A stretch of DNA of 64,000 nucleotides, taken from the NCBI GenBank assembly GCA_016180645.1, contig JACPAV010000006.1, positions 1-64,000 on the forward strand, given 5' to 3'. Source of the DNA: Nitrospirota bacterium (GTDB lineage: Bacteria; JACPQY01). Below the pieces are notes generated by a model, which was not told the origin of the DNA, ran no database searches, and worked only from the letters and a program-made list of their open reading frames with translations. Position numbers and translations under genes: made by a program. Position 1 is the stretch's first letter. Each line of letters opens with the position of its first letter. Shown here piece by piece: positions 9,350-18,579 of the stretch.

Positions 9350-10951
9350 GTGCGACTTTGCAATGCGGCAAGAGCGTGGGCGGCCACGGCATTTGTCGTT
9401 GGCTCTCTTGGCGCCCGCGCGGCCCAGGCGCACCAGCCCGGGGTCTCGCTCGGCGAGGTACGGGTCGACCTCGGCGCCTTGGAGTGGACCGTGTGGATCT
9501 CCTACGAGGACTGGACTCGGGCCTTCTTCCTCCAGGGGAACATGCCGGTGATCCGGTCGGAGAGCGAGCTTCTCGCGGCGCGGCCGGAGATCGAAAGGGC
9601 GCTGATCGAATTGCTCTCCGTTGAGCACGCCGGCCACGCATGCGAGGGAGTAGCGGAGGACACACGCGAGGCCATCCGGCAAGACCATCCATTCGCCCAA
9701 ACCCGCCTCCGTTTCACCTGCGGACAGGAGTGGGAGTCGCTGACCCTTCACGCTCCGCTCGCCCGATACTTCCTCCCTCAGCACCGCATGTTCGTTACCC
9801 TTCACGGGGTGAAGGGGACCTCCACGCTCCTTTTCGGACCCGGACAGGAAGACATTACCGTGCGGGACTTTGCCGCAAAGATCGCCATTTGGCCGCAGGT
9901 GCCGAAATTCATCCGCCTTGGGATCGAACATATCTTCACGGGCTACGATCACGTCCTCTTTCTCATCGGGCTGATCCTCGGCGCCGGAAGGCTTCGCTCG
10001 CTGATCACCATCGTGACATCGTTCACCGTAGCGCATACGGCCACGTTGGCCGCGGCGACGCTCGGTTATGTTTCGCTCCCACCGCGATTCGTGGAACCCC
10101 TTATCGCACTTTCGATTGTCTACATCGCGGTCGAAAATCTCTGGAGGGAGCCGCGGAAGCGCTTGCCCCACGATGCGGCCATCCGTGGCCGCGAACAGCG
10201 GTCGCAAGCGCCTCCCCCATCCTGGGGGAAGCGGTGGATGGTCACCTTCGGATTCGGATTGATCCATGGTCTTGGCTTTTCGAGCATCCTGCTCAGCATG
10301 AATATCCCGCGCTCCCTGATCGGCGCCGGACTCCTCAGTTTCAATTTAGGCGTGGAAATCGGCCAAGTCGCCATTGTTGCCGTCGTTTACCCGCTCCTCC
10401 ACACGATCGCCCGGTTCTCCTGGCAGCCGAAGCTTCTCCGCGTTGCATCGGCCGGCATTCTCGTTGCGGGCTCCATCTGGCTCATGGAGCGAACCGCTTT
10501 CGCTCACCCCGAGGCAACCTCCTATGCCCGCATCGAAATCACGGACAAGACCGTGCGGATCGAATCATGGATCGGGTCGTGGGAGTGGCAACCGTACCTG
10601 CCGCGAGAGATGGACCCCACGAATCGTCGTTTGAGCGAGAGGGAACTGGTTGCCGGCCGCAGCGACGTGGATCGCCTGTTCTCAGAAACCATTTTTGTAA
10701 AATCAGCCGGTCAGTACTGCCCCCCGAAAGTGGAGGCCCTCAAGCAGCTCGATATGGGCGGGCACAACTACCTGGCCTGCACGCTTGTGTACACTTGCAG
10801 GCGGCCGCTCGCTGATGTCAGGTTGGACGTCCGACTGCCTCGCAAGTTCGGAGGGGGCCATCAAATGATCGCCTCAATCGCCAAGGGCAAGGCGAAGGAG
10901 CGAGTCGTGTTCACTTCGTCCAAAGAGGTTTGGACTCTTAGCCCCGAGTGA
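9350..10951 (+). CDS. HupE/UreJ family membrane protein flanked by two soluble domains
   Basis: LGIEHIFTGYDHVLFL, TSFTVAHTATL, FGFGLIHGLGF, FNLGVEIGQ. Confidence 0.88.
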   Translation: MRLCNAARAWAATAFVVGSLGARAAQAHQPGVSLGEVRVDLGALEWTVWISYEDWTRAFFLQGNMPVIRSESELLAARPEIERALIELLSVEHAGHACEGVAEDTREAIRQDHPFAQTRLRFTCGQEWESLTLHAPLARYFLPQHRMFVTLHGVKGTSTLLFGPGQEDITVRDFAAKIAIWPQVPKFIRLGIEHIFTGYDHVLFLIGLILGAGRLRSLITIVTSFTVAHTATLAAATLGYVSLPPRFVEPLIALSIVYIAVENLWREPRKRLPHDAAIRGREQRSQAPPPSWGKRWMVTFGFGLIHGLGFSSILLSMNIPRSLIGAGLLSFNLGVEIGQVAIVAVVYPLLHTIARFSWQPKLLRVASAGILVAGSIWLMERTAFAHPEATSYARIEITDKTVRIESWIGSWEWQPYLPREMDPTNRRLSERELVAGRSDVDRLFSETIFVKSAGQYCPPKVEALKQLDMGGHNYLACTLVYTCRRPLADVRLDVRLPRKFGGGHQMIASIAKGKAKERVVFTSSKEVWTLSPE

Positions 10952-10964
10952 CTACAATGTAGCC

Positions 10965-11549
10965 ATGAAAGAGTCGCCCGGATTCACGAAGAAGGGGTAC
11001 ACCTTGGGAGAATTTGTCGGCGCCTTCTCCGCGCTCAGGCCGGCCGCGGGATCCATCATCCGGCTGTATGCCGGACCGAACAAGTTGGAGACCCGTCTCC
11101 GAGAGCGCATCATGCTCAGCGTGGCGCTCACCAACGATTGCCGGCACTGAATTTTCGCCCACAAGCGCCTGGGACAGGCGGCAGGAATGGATTCAGAGAG
11201 TGTCGTCCGGGGTGAGAAGGCAGAGGATGCGAGAACACGTGCGGCGGTGGATTACGCCCTCGGCCTGATTCTGGGCGTTGAGAAACAGCCCGACCTCTCT
11301 TCACACTTTACAGAGGCTCACGCTCAACAGATTCGGGCTGCCGCTTTGCTTCTCAATTTCACCAACCGGGCGGGGAACACGGTGGATCGCTGGCTGTTCC
11401 GGCTCTGGTACCCTGGGAAGGTGAAGGAGAGTTCGTTCCTGGCCGACATGCTGATCGCTCTGCTCTGGGCATCCGTCGCGCTTCCCGAAGGGCTGTGGAT
11501 TCTCCTGCGCGTTCCGCGGTACCGCCGGGCGAAGCCGGCCGCCGCTTGA
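10965..11549 (+). CDS. AhpD/carboxymuconolactone decarboxylase-family protein, probable selenoprotein (CxxU)
   Basis: ORFs 10965-11150 and 11187-11549 are in the same frame. Reading through TGA 11148-11150 gives RERIMLSVALTNDCRH-U-IFAHKRLG, matching the AhpD NxCxxC..H motif. Confidence 0.8.
11151..11188 (+). promoter_or_regulatory. Putative bacterial SECIS element
   Basis: Upper stem CGCCTG-gga-CAGGCG (11166-11180), loop starting with G, 21 nt after the TGA. Imperfect lower stem ATTTTCGC/GCAGGAAT. Confidence 0.65.
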
Positions 11550-11589
11550 CGGTCCGGCTGTCGATCCCTACCATTCCCGGAAAAATTCC

Positions 11590-12066
11590 ATGGAAAAGAG
11601 GTACCCGAGAATTCAGGTCGAAGAGGATCCGGCGAAGTACAATTTCAAAACCAGCCTGCGCGTTCGTTTCGCAGAAACCGACGCTCAAGGCGTCGTTTAT
11701 AACTCCAATTACCTCGTCTACTTCGAGGTGGCGCGTGTTGAGTATTTTCGGAATCTGTTTGGCGAGAACTGGTTCGACGGGCAGCGTCCGTACAATGTGA
11801 CCGTCGGCGAGGCCGGCTGCCGATTCAAGTCCCCGGCCCGGTTCGATCAGGTTCTGGATCTCCACGTGCGCATCGGCGAGATGCGAAACGCCAGCTATGT
11901 GTTCGAGTATCTGATCCGCAACGCCCGAACGGGAGAAGCGGTTGCCGTCGGCTACACCACTTTAGTGACGCTCTCAAAGGACAGCGGCCGCGCCATCCGC
12001 GTTTCGGAGGAAGTGCGTCAGAAGATCATGACATTCGAGAAAGGACACGTCCGGACCGTCGAATAG
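11590..12066 (+). CDS. Acyl-CoA thioesterase (YbgC/4HBT family)
   Basis: RVRFAETDAQGVVYNSNYLVYFEVAR. Confidence 0.92.
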   Translation: MEKRYPRIQVEEDPAKYNFKTSLRVRFAETDAQGVVYNSNYLVYFEVARVEYFRNLFGENWFDGQRPYNVTVGEAGCRFKSPARFDQVLDLHVRIGEMRNASYVFEYLIRNARTGEAVAVGYTTLVTLSKDSGRAIRVSEEVRQKIMTFEKGHVRTVE

Positions 12067-12152
12067 GGCGTTCAACGGATCAAAGTCGTCGTTCGCTTCA
12101 CGGGGTGCCGACAGGGTTGCCACCCTCGAATCGGAGGTGCCGGACTGGATTC

Positions 12153-12386
12153 ATGAGAAATTCGAAACGGGGAGGAGCAAAGATCCGGCGATTCACGTTG
12201 GAATATTGGATGGATGATGGTTCGTACGTGGGGAGGCTGAAGGAAGTGCCGGGCGTATTCAGTCAGGGTGAAACGCTCGCTGAACTTGAGAAGAATGTCC
12301 GCGATGCCTTTGGAATGATGATCGAGGAGGTCCGTTCCATCGTGTCACGCCATGTTCGCACGAGGGAGATCGGGGTCACGGTCTGA
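12153..12386 (+). CDS. hicB: Type II TA antitoxin, HicB family
   Basis: FTLEYWMDDGSYVGRLKEVPGVFSQGETLAELEKNVRDA. Start is ATG 12153 or ATC 12183. Confidence 0.85.
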   Translation: MRNSKRGGAKIRRFTLEYWMDDGSYVGRLKEVPGVFSQGETLAELEKNVRDAFGMMIEEVRSIVSRHVRTREIGVTV

Positions 12387-12562
12387 ATCTGCGCGAACTC
12401 ATTCGCGGATTGGTCAGCCGTGGCTGCTTCCTGAAACGCCATGGCGCCAATCATGACATCTACATGAATCCCAGGAAAGGACGGACGGCTCCCGTCCCAC
12501 GCCACAACGAGATCAAGGAGAGCTTGGTCCGGCTCATCAGAAAACAACTCGGCCTTGAGTGA
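12383..12562 (+). CDS. hicA: Type II TA toxin, HicA family (CTG start)
   Basis: Not in the ORF track. Translation (M)NLRELIRGLVSRGCFLKRHGANHDIYMNPRKGRTAPVPRHNEIKESLVRLIRKQLGLE*; CTGA overlap with the hicB stop. Confidence 0.82.
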   Translation: MNLRELIRGLVSRGCFLKRHGANHDIYMNPRKGRTAPVPRHNEIKESLVRLIRKQLGLE

Positions 12563-12655
12563 ACGGAAGGTTCCACGCCCGTCAACAATAGTACACAAGA
12601 ACGTGGAGGCGGTTTGTCGAGTACGGCCGCCGCAGAGGGTGAGCGTGCTGTCGCC

Positions 12656-14548
12656 CTACTCTCCCGGCTCCTCAACTCTCTCGCGTGGGGTGCGTTTTTC
12701 TCTCATGCCCATTTTTTCGAGTTTCAAGCTCAAATTCGCGGCGCTCAACCCAAGTTTGCCTGCCGCCTCCGACTGAGTCTTGGACCCTGACAGGACCATC
12801 TCAAGCAGGCGCCTCTGGAAAAGGCGGGTCATTCCCATGAAGTCCTTGCCGTCTGAAACAGCTCGGACAAGTAATGGGAAAAGTTTCACCGCCGCATTCG
12901 GGAGCCTGTCGGTCACGGCGGGATCCATTTCACCTCTGAAGTACCGTCCGGACGCCGCCGCGATGCGGAGCACTTTGGCCGTCTCGTTCGGGGTCATTCC
13001 GAGCTCACACACGCCCAGAACACGCGGCTCCTCCATCCACTGGGTCCTATCGGCGTTCCCGAACTCCCGGCTTGAATGAACAACCACAATGGGAAGCTCG
13101 CTCTTCTGATCTTTCAGATCATCCATGAGCGGCCAAACGCGATCTTCCTCGTTTCTCGCCACGACCAGCGCCAGATCATACGACTTGGATGCCAAGGCTT
13201 TCTGCAAGAACTCCCATTCACTCTCCGCATATTGAACCACGAAATCTCGTGCGATCCTCTCCCCCAACCCCGCCCGGATCCGCCCCCCAGGGTCGAGACA
13301 GAGCAGCGTCATCGGGGAACTTGCCGCGGTCCACGGCAGCAAGGGCTCCTCCCCGATCCGGGTATCCCATTCTTTTTCGGATTTTCCAACCAGAGTTCTG
13401 AATTCCAGGGTTACCTTCACGGCGATCTCCAGCTGACGCGCCAGCGCCCCGAGCAGTCGGAAATCCTGGGTGGAAAAAAGGACGTGATCAAGACTTTTTC
13501 CCAACAGGAGTACTCCGAAAGGCTTGTCCGAGTCGCCGAGGCGAACAAGGGCGGAGTAGCCCTTCTCCCTCATTTCCAGTCGGTGGGGATCGGGCAGCAA
13601 ATCGGGCACTACGATCTTGCCCTTCGAAAACGCGAGCAGCTCAGGGCTGGGTGTCGGCATGTCGCGGTTGCCGTACATCCTTGACGCTCGGCCCCGTTCG
13701 GAGAGGAGTTTGATGCCGATATCCGGGACCGCGAACGCCGCTTGAAGCGCCTTGGAAAACCCGGCCAGATCGAGGTAGTTCTGTGGGTTTCCAAGGGCTT
13801 CCTTCACTTTTTCGTGCATCCAGAAACGTTGCGTCTTGAGCAAGGGCCCAAGGCCGAGTTCGATGTCGTAAAGTCGGTGCTTGGCCATCGCATAGTAGAA
13901 AGCGCCAGTCCCGAAGGTGAAGGCAAAGGGGCCCAGGACATAGACTCCGGAAAGGCCCAGCAGGGGAAGCACGACATTCGAGAGGGCCGCCAGCGAGCCG
14001 CTGATCACCATTCCGACGAGTACGATTTCCGCCTGGGCCCGCTCCCGTCCTGTCAGCCGCAAACAGACGTACCACGCACGCCCAAGCCCCAGGAGCCCCA
14101 GCAGGCCGCAAGCGGCCATCTGCAGGCCGTAGTATCGGCCGTACTCAAAAGCCATGCCCGTGCTCTTGCGGGCCGCGCTTGCCACCACTTCCGGATGGAA
14201 GGCAAGGATGGCGAGGCCAACTCCGAATATCGATGCGGTGATCGTGGACCAGTGCAGCAGCTTCCTTGTCCCACTGCCTTCAAAGTCGCGCAGGAGAGCG
14301 AGGTAGGTGACAACCGCAGCAATGGGACCGACGAATGCCATGCGTGCCCAAAACACGGCTTCCGGATCCGTTGCGGCAATGAATGCCAGGTAGAGCGCCA
14401 GCGACCACCCCGCGACCGACATTCCAAACATGAACGCCAGGATGTGTCTAGGGCGGGCGGGATGCCGAGCCAACACCAGCACCGCTGTGCCGGCAAAGAC
14501 CACGCTAAGAGGGAGCAGCAATCCCCCGATCAACTCCATCGCAGCCAT
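12656..14548 (-). CDS. Membrane sensor: N-terminal 7TM (HisKA_7TM-like) + GAF-like region + C-terminal Fis-type HTH
   Basis: About 7 hydrophobic helices ending YYAMAKHRLYDI; GAF-like FSTQDFRLLGALARQLEIAV; HTH TQSEAAGKLGLSAANLSLKLEKMG. No kinase or AAA+ motifs seen. Confidence 0.75.
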   Translation of the reverse strand: MAAMELIGGLLLPLSVVFAGTAVLVLARHPARPRHILAFMFGMSVAGWSLALYLAFIAATDPEAVFWARMAFVGPIAAVVTYLALLRDFEGSGTRKLLHWSTITASIFGVGLAILAFHPEVVASAARKSTGMAFEYGRYYGLQMAACGLLGLLGLGRAWYVCLRLTGRERAQAEIVLVGMVISGSLAALSNVVLPLLGLSGVYVLGPFAFTFGTGAFYYAMAKHRLYDIELGLGPLLKTQRFWMHEKVKEALGNPQNYLDLAGFSKALQAAFAVPDIGIKLLSERGRASRMYGNRDMPTPSPELLAFSKGKIVVPDLLPDPHRLEMREKGYSALVRLGDSDKPFGVLLLGKSLDHVLFSTQDFRLLGALARQLEIAVKVTLEFRTLVGKSEKEWDTRIGEEPLLPWTAASSPMTLLCLDPGGRIRAGLGERIARDFVVQYAESEWEFLQKALASKSYDLALVVARNEEDRVWPLMDDLKDQKSELPIVVVHSSREFGNADRTQWMEEPRVLGVCELGMTPNETAKVLRIAAASGRYFRGEMDPAVTDRLPNAAVKLFPLLVRAVSDGKDFMGMTRLFQRRLLEMVLSGSKTQSEAAGKLGLSAANLSLKLEKMGMREKRTPRERVEEPGE

Positions 14549-14653
14549 CTTACCAGAAATTATTGAACATAGAGAAAAAGAATTGGCCCTGGATGACCTC
14601 CTGCCGAGACCACCCAGGGCCTATGTTTCCGACCGCGTCGGGGCGGCGCTCGC

Positions 14654-16399
14654 CTACTTGTGTTCTTCCAGAAAGTACGAATCCTTCACGCGAGCTTCAG
14701 TCCCCTCGGTCGGCCACAGTTCGAAAGGCAGAACCTCCACAAGGGGATCCGCCGATTCGGGATTGGACCGGTAGGACTCCTCGAAGTCCGCATTGGATTC
14801 GATGAGCTTCCTGACGATCGATTCCTTACAGACGCGCGCGAAACGGGGATCGGGCCTCCTCCCCAACGCCGCCCGCAGCAGGATCGTCAGCTTCGGGCTC
14901 CCCGCTTCCGGGTGCCGGATGCCCATCTTGAACGTGGAGATGGCGCCGGCGATCTCCGGGGCGGAGGCCAAAGCGCTTGCCACGGATTCAGGGTAGATAT
15001 TCGCACCGTCGATGGACACGGTTCCGTCGCTTCGTCCGAACAGATACAAGAACGGGAGCGCGAGTTCTTCGTTCACACACGCCAGCCCCGCCTCCCGAAC
15101 CATTCGGCGGACGTCCTCAAAGGCGAGGAGGCCTCCTTCGTCCCCGGGGCAGTACTTGATTCGCGGGGAACAGGTGTGGCGGCTGAGCATGGTAACTTCA
15201 ATTTCCTGCTGGCCCCGGCGATTCGGCGCCGATTGGATGTAGTATCCACCGGGATTGAACTGGCCAAAGAACACCGGCTCCCGGGCCGTCCCGATCAGAG
15301 CCCGCCTCAATCGGACGTCGGCGGCCATGGCTTTCAAGATCCCCGTAGAGTACGGGGTTTCTCCTGCCACGCCGATTTCCAGATCCGATGCGCCGTATCC
15401 CGAGACGATTCTCGCGCCCTCCATCACACGGCTCTCGAGAAAGGTTCTCCAACCCTCGGGAAATCCCTCGCCGCCCGTCATCATGTCGATGCGGTAGGAT
15501 TTCAGGTCGAAGTCGTCACGTTCGCTCAAGAACCGAACGAGTTCCTTTAGGAATGGCGGGTAGCCGGCCAACAGGTAGTGCTCCTCCGGGCCGAGAAACT
15601 CCAGCGTCTTTTGGATCCGCGGAATATCGGGTCCTATATTCTTCACCAAGCACCAACTCTCGGTCCATGCCCCGAGCCGGAATCCACCCGCCCAGGCGCC
15701 GCACGAGAAGGCGTTGATGAGAATGGTCGGACGCCGGCCCTCACGCCCAAAACTGAAATCGAGCGCCAGTTGGGTGATGTGACGGAGTCCGAGCAGTTCT
15801 CGATCCGATCGGACCCAATTCACCGGAGTGCCGCTGCTTCCCGCGCTTTCGTCGATGGAACCCGTCACGGGAAATCGACCGCCAACGCACCGCTTCCGTA
15901 TGGGGTAGACGGAGATGTAATTGTTCCGTCTGGTCTGCGGGACGGATTGATCGAAATCCTCCGCACTCCGGACGATCCTCGGGTCCACCTCATGAGACCG
16001 GAGGAACTCGGCGTAGGCCGGCACATGGGTGGCCGCCCGTTGAAAAGCCGAAACCGCCAGCCGGCGCGAAATGAGATTCGGCAGAGAGGTGTTCGAGCTC
16101 GTGCGGAGATATCGTTCCACCAAGAATGGGTAGTTCTTGGTGAGTTCGACACCTGCCCTTAGCAAGCCGACTGGAACGATGGAATACATACCCTCCATCG
16201 CCCGCCACATCCAGTTTTCCCATCGTTTGCCACCGTTGTCGGAAAGCCGACCGTTCGGAGGCGCACCCAAGGCTTCGGACACGGGCCGGGGCGTTGGGTT
16301 CTGGTTGGGGACGCTTCTTTCGGGTTGACGATCTGCGGAAATGCTGCTTCTTACAATTTGCACGAGATTCTCCTTTCTGATTGTGCCTGCGAGAGCCAT
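14654..16399 (-). CDS. Phenylacetate-CoA ligase/F390 synthetase-like adenylate-forming protein
   Basis: ESAGSSGTP, LAGYPPFLK, GGEGFPE, SGYGASD, FGRSDGTVSIDGANIYPE. Start uncertain. Confidence 0.85.
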   Translation of the reverse strand: MALAGTIRKENLVQIVRSSISADRQPERSVPNQNPTPRPVSEALGAPPNGRLSDNGGKRWENWMWRAMEGMYSIVPVGLLRAGVELTKNYPFLVERYLRTSSNTSLPNLISRRLAVSAFQRAATHVPAYAEFLRSHEVDPRIVRSAEDFDQSVPQTRRNNYISVYPIRKRCVGGRFPVTGSIDESAGSSGTPVNWVRSDRELLGLRHITQLALDFSFGREGRRPTILINAFSCGAWAGGFRLGAWTESWCLVKNIGPDIPRIQKTLEFLGPEEHYLLAGYPPFLKELVRFLSERDDFDLKSYRIDMMTGGEGFPEGWRTFLESRVMEGARIVSGYGASDLEIGVAGETPYSTGILKAMAADVRLRRALIGTAREPVFFGQFNPGGYYIQSAPNRRGQQEIEVTMLSRHTCSPRIKYCPGDEGGLLAFEDVRRMVREAGLACVNEELALPFLYLFGRSDGTVSIDGANIYPESVASALASAPEIAGAISTFKMGIRHPEAGSPKLTILLRAALGRRPDPRFARVCKESIVRKLIESNADFEESYRSNPESADPLVEVLPFELWPTEGTEARVKDSYFLEEHK

Positions 16400-16787
16400 G
16401 AATCGGTTCTTTCGCGGGCGAAAATTGACCATTTTTGTTAAACATAGGTAAACAGCAGGTCTGGGAGGATCTCGCTGTCTGGGGCGCCGGGCGCACCTGT
16501 ACCATCCAGGTATTGGTAGATGGAAAGCCCTCCATGGCTCACCATGAAGAGCCATGGCCTGGGATTACTCCCGAAGGAGGTACTTATGCAATAGTTTTGT
16601 GTTGTTACGAGTTGGTCGGCCAAACATGCGTGGGGGTGGCTCTCTGATGTCCCGTATCACTTCAGGCGAAACGAAGTTGGCTTGTGCGAAGTAACAGAAC
16701 AAGAGACGTGGACCCATCTGCCCAAGAAAATTGAATGTCGATAAACTTCGGACGAATACCTTGCTCCTCTCAAGCCCTCAATCCAAT

Positions 16788-16803
16788 TGTGATCCATGTC
16801 ACA
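16788..16803. promoter_or_regulatory. Perfect CRP-family box
   Basis: TGTGA-tccatg-TCACA in the AT-richer divergent intergenic region 16400-16974. Confidence 0.6.
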
Positions 16804-16974
16804 GACAGATGCCGAGCCATGTGCCAGCCTCATTCCCACACGATGATGGGATTCGGTTTTGGAACTCCGGCATGAAATATCGCGGCGACGGGACAACCAG
16901 ACCTGTGCCGGGTCGATCCCGAACGACGCACCGCACGGAGAGGTAGAGCCAACATAGCCTCAGAAACGCAGGAA

Positions 16975-18549
16975 GTGGATTCAAGATCGAATCTTCCCAA
17001 GACCGGAATCAACATTCTGCATCTGGAGGATGACCACCGGTTCTCCGAACTGGTTCAGCAGATCTTCGCAGCAGAGTGCGGCGGAGGCCGGGTGACTCGT
17101 GTCGACACGCGGGAGGATTTCGAGGCGGCGCTTGAGGCCGGCGGTTTCGATCTCATCCTCGCCGATTACCGGCTCCCGGGCTTTGATGGAGAGTCTGCGC
17201 TCGCCCTCACAAGAGAGAAGCGCCCCGCGTGGCCGTTCATCCTCCTGACCGGCGCCATCGGCGAGGAGGAGGCCGTGGAGTGCCTAAGGAAAGGCGCGAC
17301 GGACTACATCTTGAAAGCCAGGATGGAACGTCTTGCTCCTGCCATCCAGCGGGCCATGCGGGAAACCCGGCATCGGGGCGAGTTGGCACACACTCAGCGC
17401 TTGTTGCTTCAAGCCCAGAAGATGGAGGCGATCGGGAGGCTGGCCGGCGGCCTGGCGCACGATTTCAACAATCTCCTGACGGTTATACTCGGAGAAACCG
17501 AAATCGCCCTTGCCGACCCTTCTCTACCCGATTCCTTGCGAGAAGGGCTGGAGGATGCTCGATTGGCCGCCGACCGCGCCGGCAGCCTCACCCGCCGCCT
17601 ACTTGCGTTCAGCCGCGAGCAAGCACTGGAACCCAGGGTTCTCAACCTCAATCAGGTGGTTTCCAATATTGCGACCATGATCCGGCGGCTGATTGGTGAA
17701 GACGTCCTTCTCGCGGTCGACTTGGATCCGGGATTGGGCTCCATCAGGGCCGATCCCGGCCAAATGGAGCAAGCTATTCTCAACCTGGCCGTCAATGCCA
17801 GGGACGCGATGCCGAACGGCGGCCAACTCCGGCTGGAAACGAGAAACGTCCGCCTCGACGAAGCCTACGCCGCCCAGCATCCCGAGGTGAAGGCGGGAGA
17901 CTACGCCATGGTCGCCCTCACCGACAGTGGCGTGGGGATGGATGCCGAGACCCAATCCCACATTTTCGAGCCCTTCTTCACCACGAAAGACGCGTCCAAG
18001 GGAACCGGACTGGGACTGGCGATGGTGTACGGATTCGTTCGGCAGAGTGGAGGCCACATCTACGTTTACAGCGAGCCCGGGCTCGGGACCACGGCCAAGA
18101 TCTATCTTCCTGCGCTTGGCCTGCAAAAACAGAAGGATTCGTCTGCAGTAGCCGTCGAGCCGGCGCCCGGTGGCACGGAGACGGTCCTCCTTGCGGAGGA
18201 CGACTCCATGGTTCGAGGATTCATCGGCGCTGCGCTGCGCTCCAAGGGCTACACCGTGCTCGAGGCTGCAGACGGAGCCGAAGCCGTTCAGATCGGGTCT
18301 CGACACGCCGGGCCGCTCGATCTCCTCGTCCTGGACCTCGTCATGCCCCACATGTCCGGTCAGGATGTGGCGCAACGCTTGAAAAGCAATCGGCCCCAGC
18401 TGCGGGTCGTGTTCATGTCCGGCTATTCCAGTTCGGGAGCGAACTCCCAGCGCATCTTGCCGGCGGGGGCCAACTATCTCCAAAAGCCCTTCAGCGTCGA
18501 GGATCTCGCCCGTATAGTTCGGCGATCGTTGGACGCCCACAACGTGTGA
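16975..18549 (+). CDS. Cytoplasmic hybrid histidine kinase (REC-HisKA-HATPase-REC)
   Basis: LHLEDD...DYRLPG; GGLAHDFNNLL; NLAVNARDAM; DSGVGM; FFTTK; GTGLGL; C-terminal REC (AEDD...DLVMP). Confidence 0.95.
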   Translation: MDSRSNLPKTGINILHLEDDHRFSELVQQIFAAECGGGRVTRVDTREDFEAALEAGGFDLILADYRLPGFDGESALALTREKRPAWPFILLTGAIGEEEAVECLRKGATDYILKARMERLAPAIQRAMRETRHRGELAHTQRLLLQAQKMEAIGRLAGGLAHDFNNLLTVILGETEIALADPSLPDSLREGLEDARLAADRAGSLTRRLLAFSREQALEPRVLNLNQVVSNIATMIRRLIGEDVLLAVDLDPGLGSIRADPGQMEQAILNLAVNARDAMPNGGQLRLETRNVRLDEAYAAQHPEVKAGDYAMVALTDSGVGMDAETQSHIFEPFFTTKDASKGTGLGLAMVYGFVRQSGGHIYVYSEPGLGTTAKIYLPALGLQKQKDSSAVAVEPAPGGTETVLLAEDDSMVRGFIGAALRSKGYTVLEAADGAEAVQIGSRHAGPLDLLVLDLVMPHMSGQDVAQRLKSNRPQLRVVFMSGYSSSGANSQRILPAGANYLQKPFSVEDLARIVRRSLDAHNV

Positions 18550-18579
18550 CTTTCATCCCGCACGCGGTAACGGGGCGAG

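Noticed and set aside
9329-10267. Long N-terminal extension of the 654-aa ORF 8303-10267
   Set aside because: It is antisense to the well-supported HupE/UreJ gene; DctP similarity and the signal peptide start near 9328
16810-16828. Sigma54 promoter (TGGCAC on the minus strand)
   Set aside because: No GC at the required -12 spacing
16435-16984. Small ORFs or a riboswitch in the AT-richer spacer
   Set aside because: No recognisable protein motif or RNA family by eye; an Rfam search would be needed
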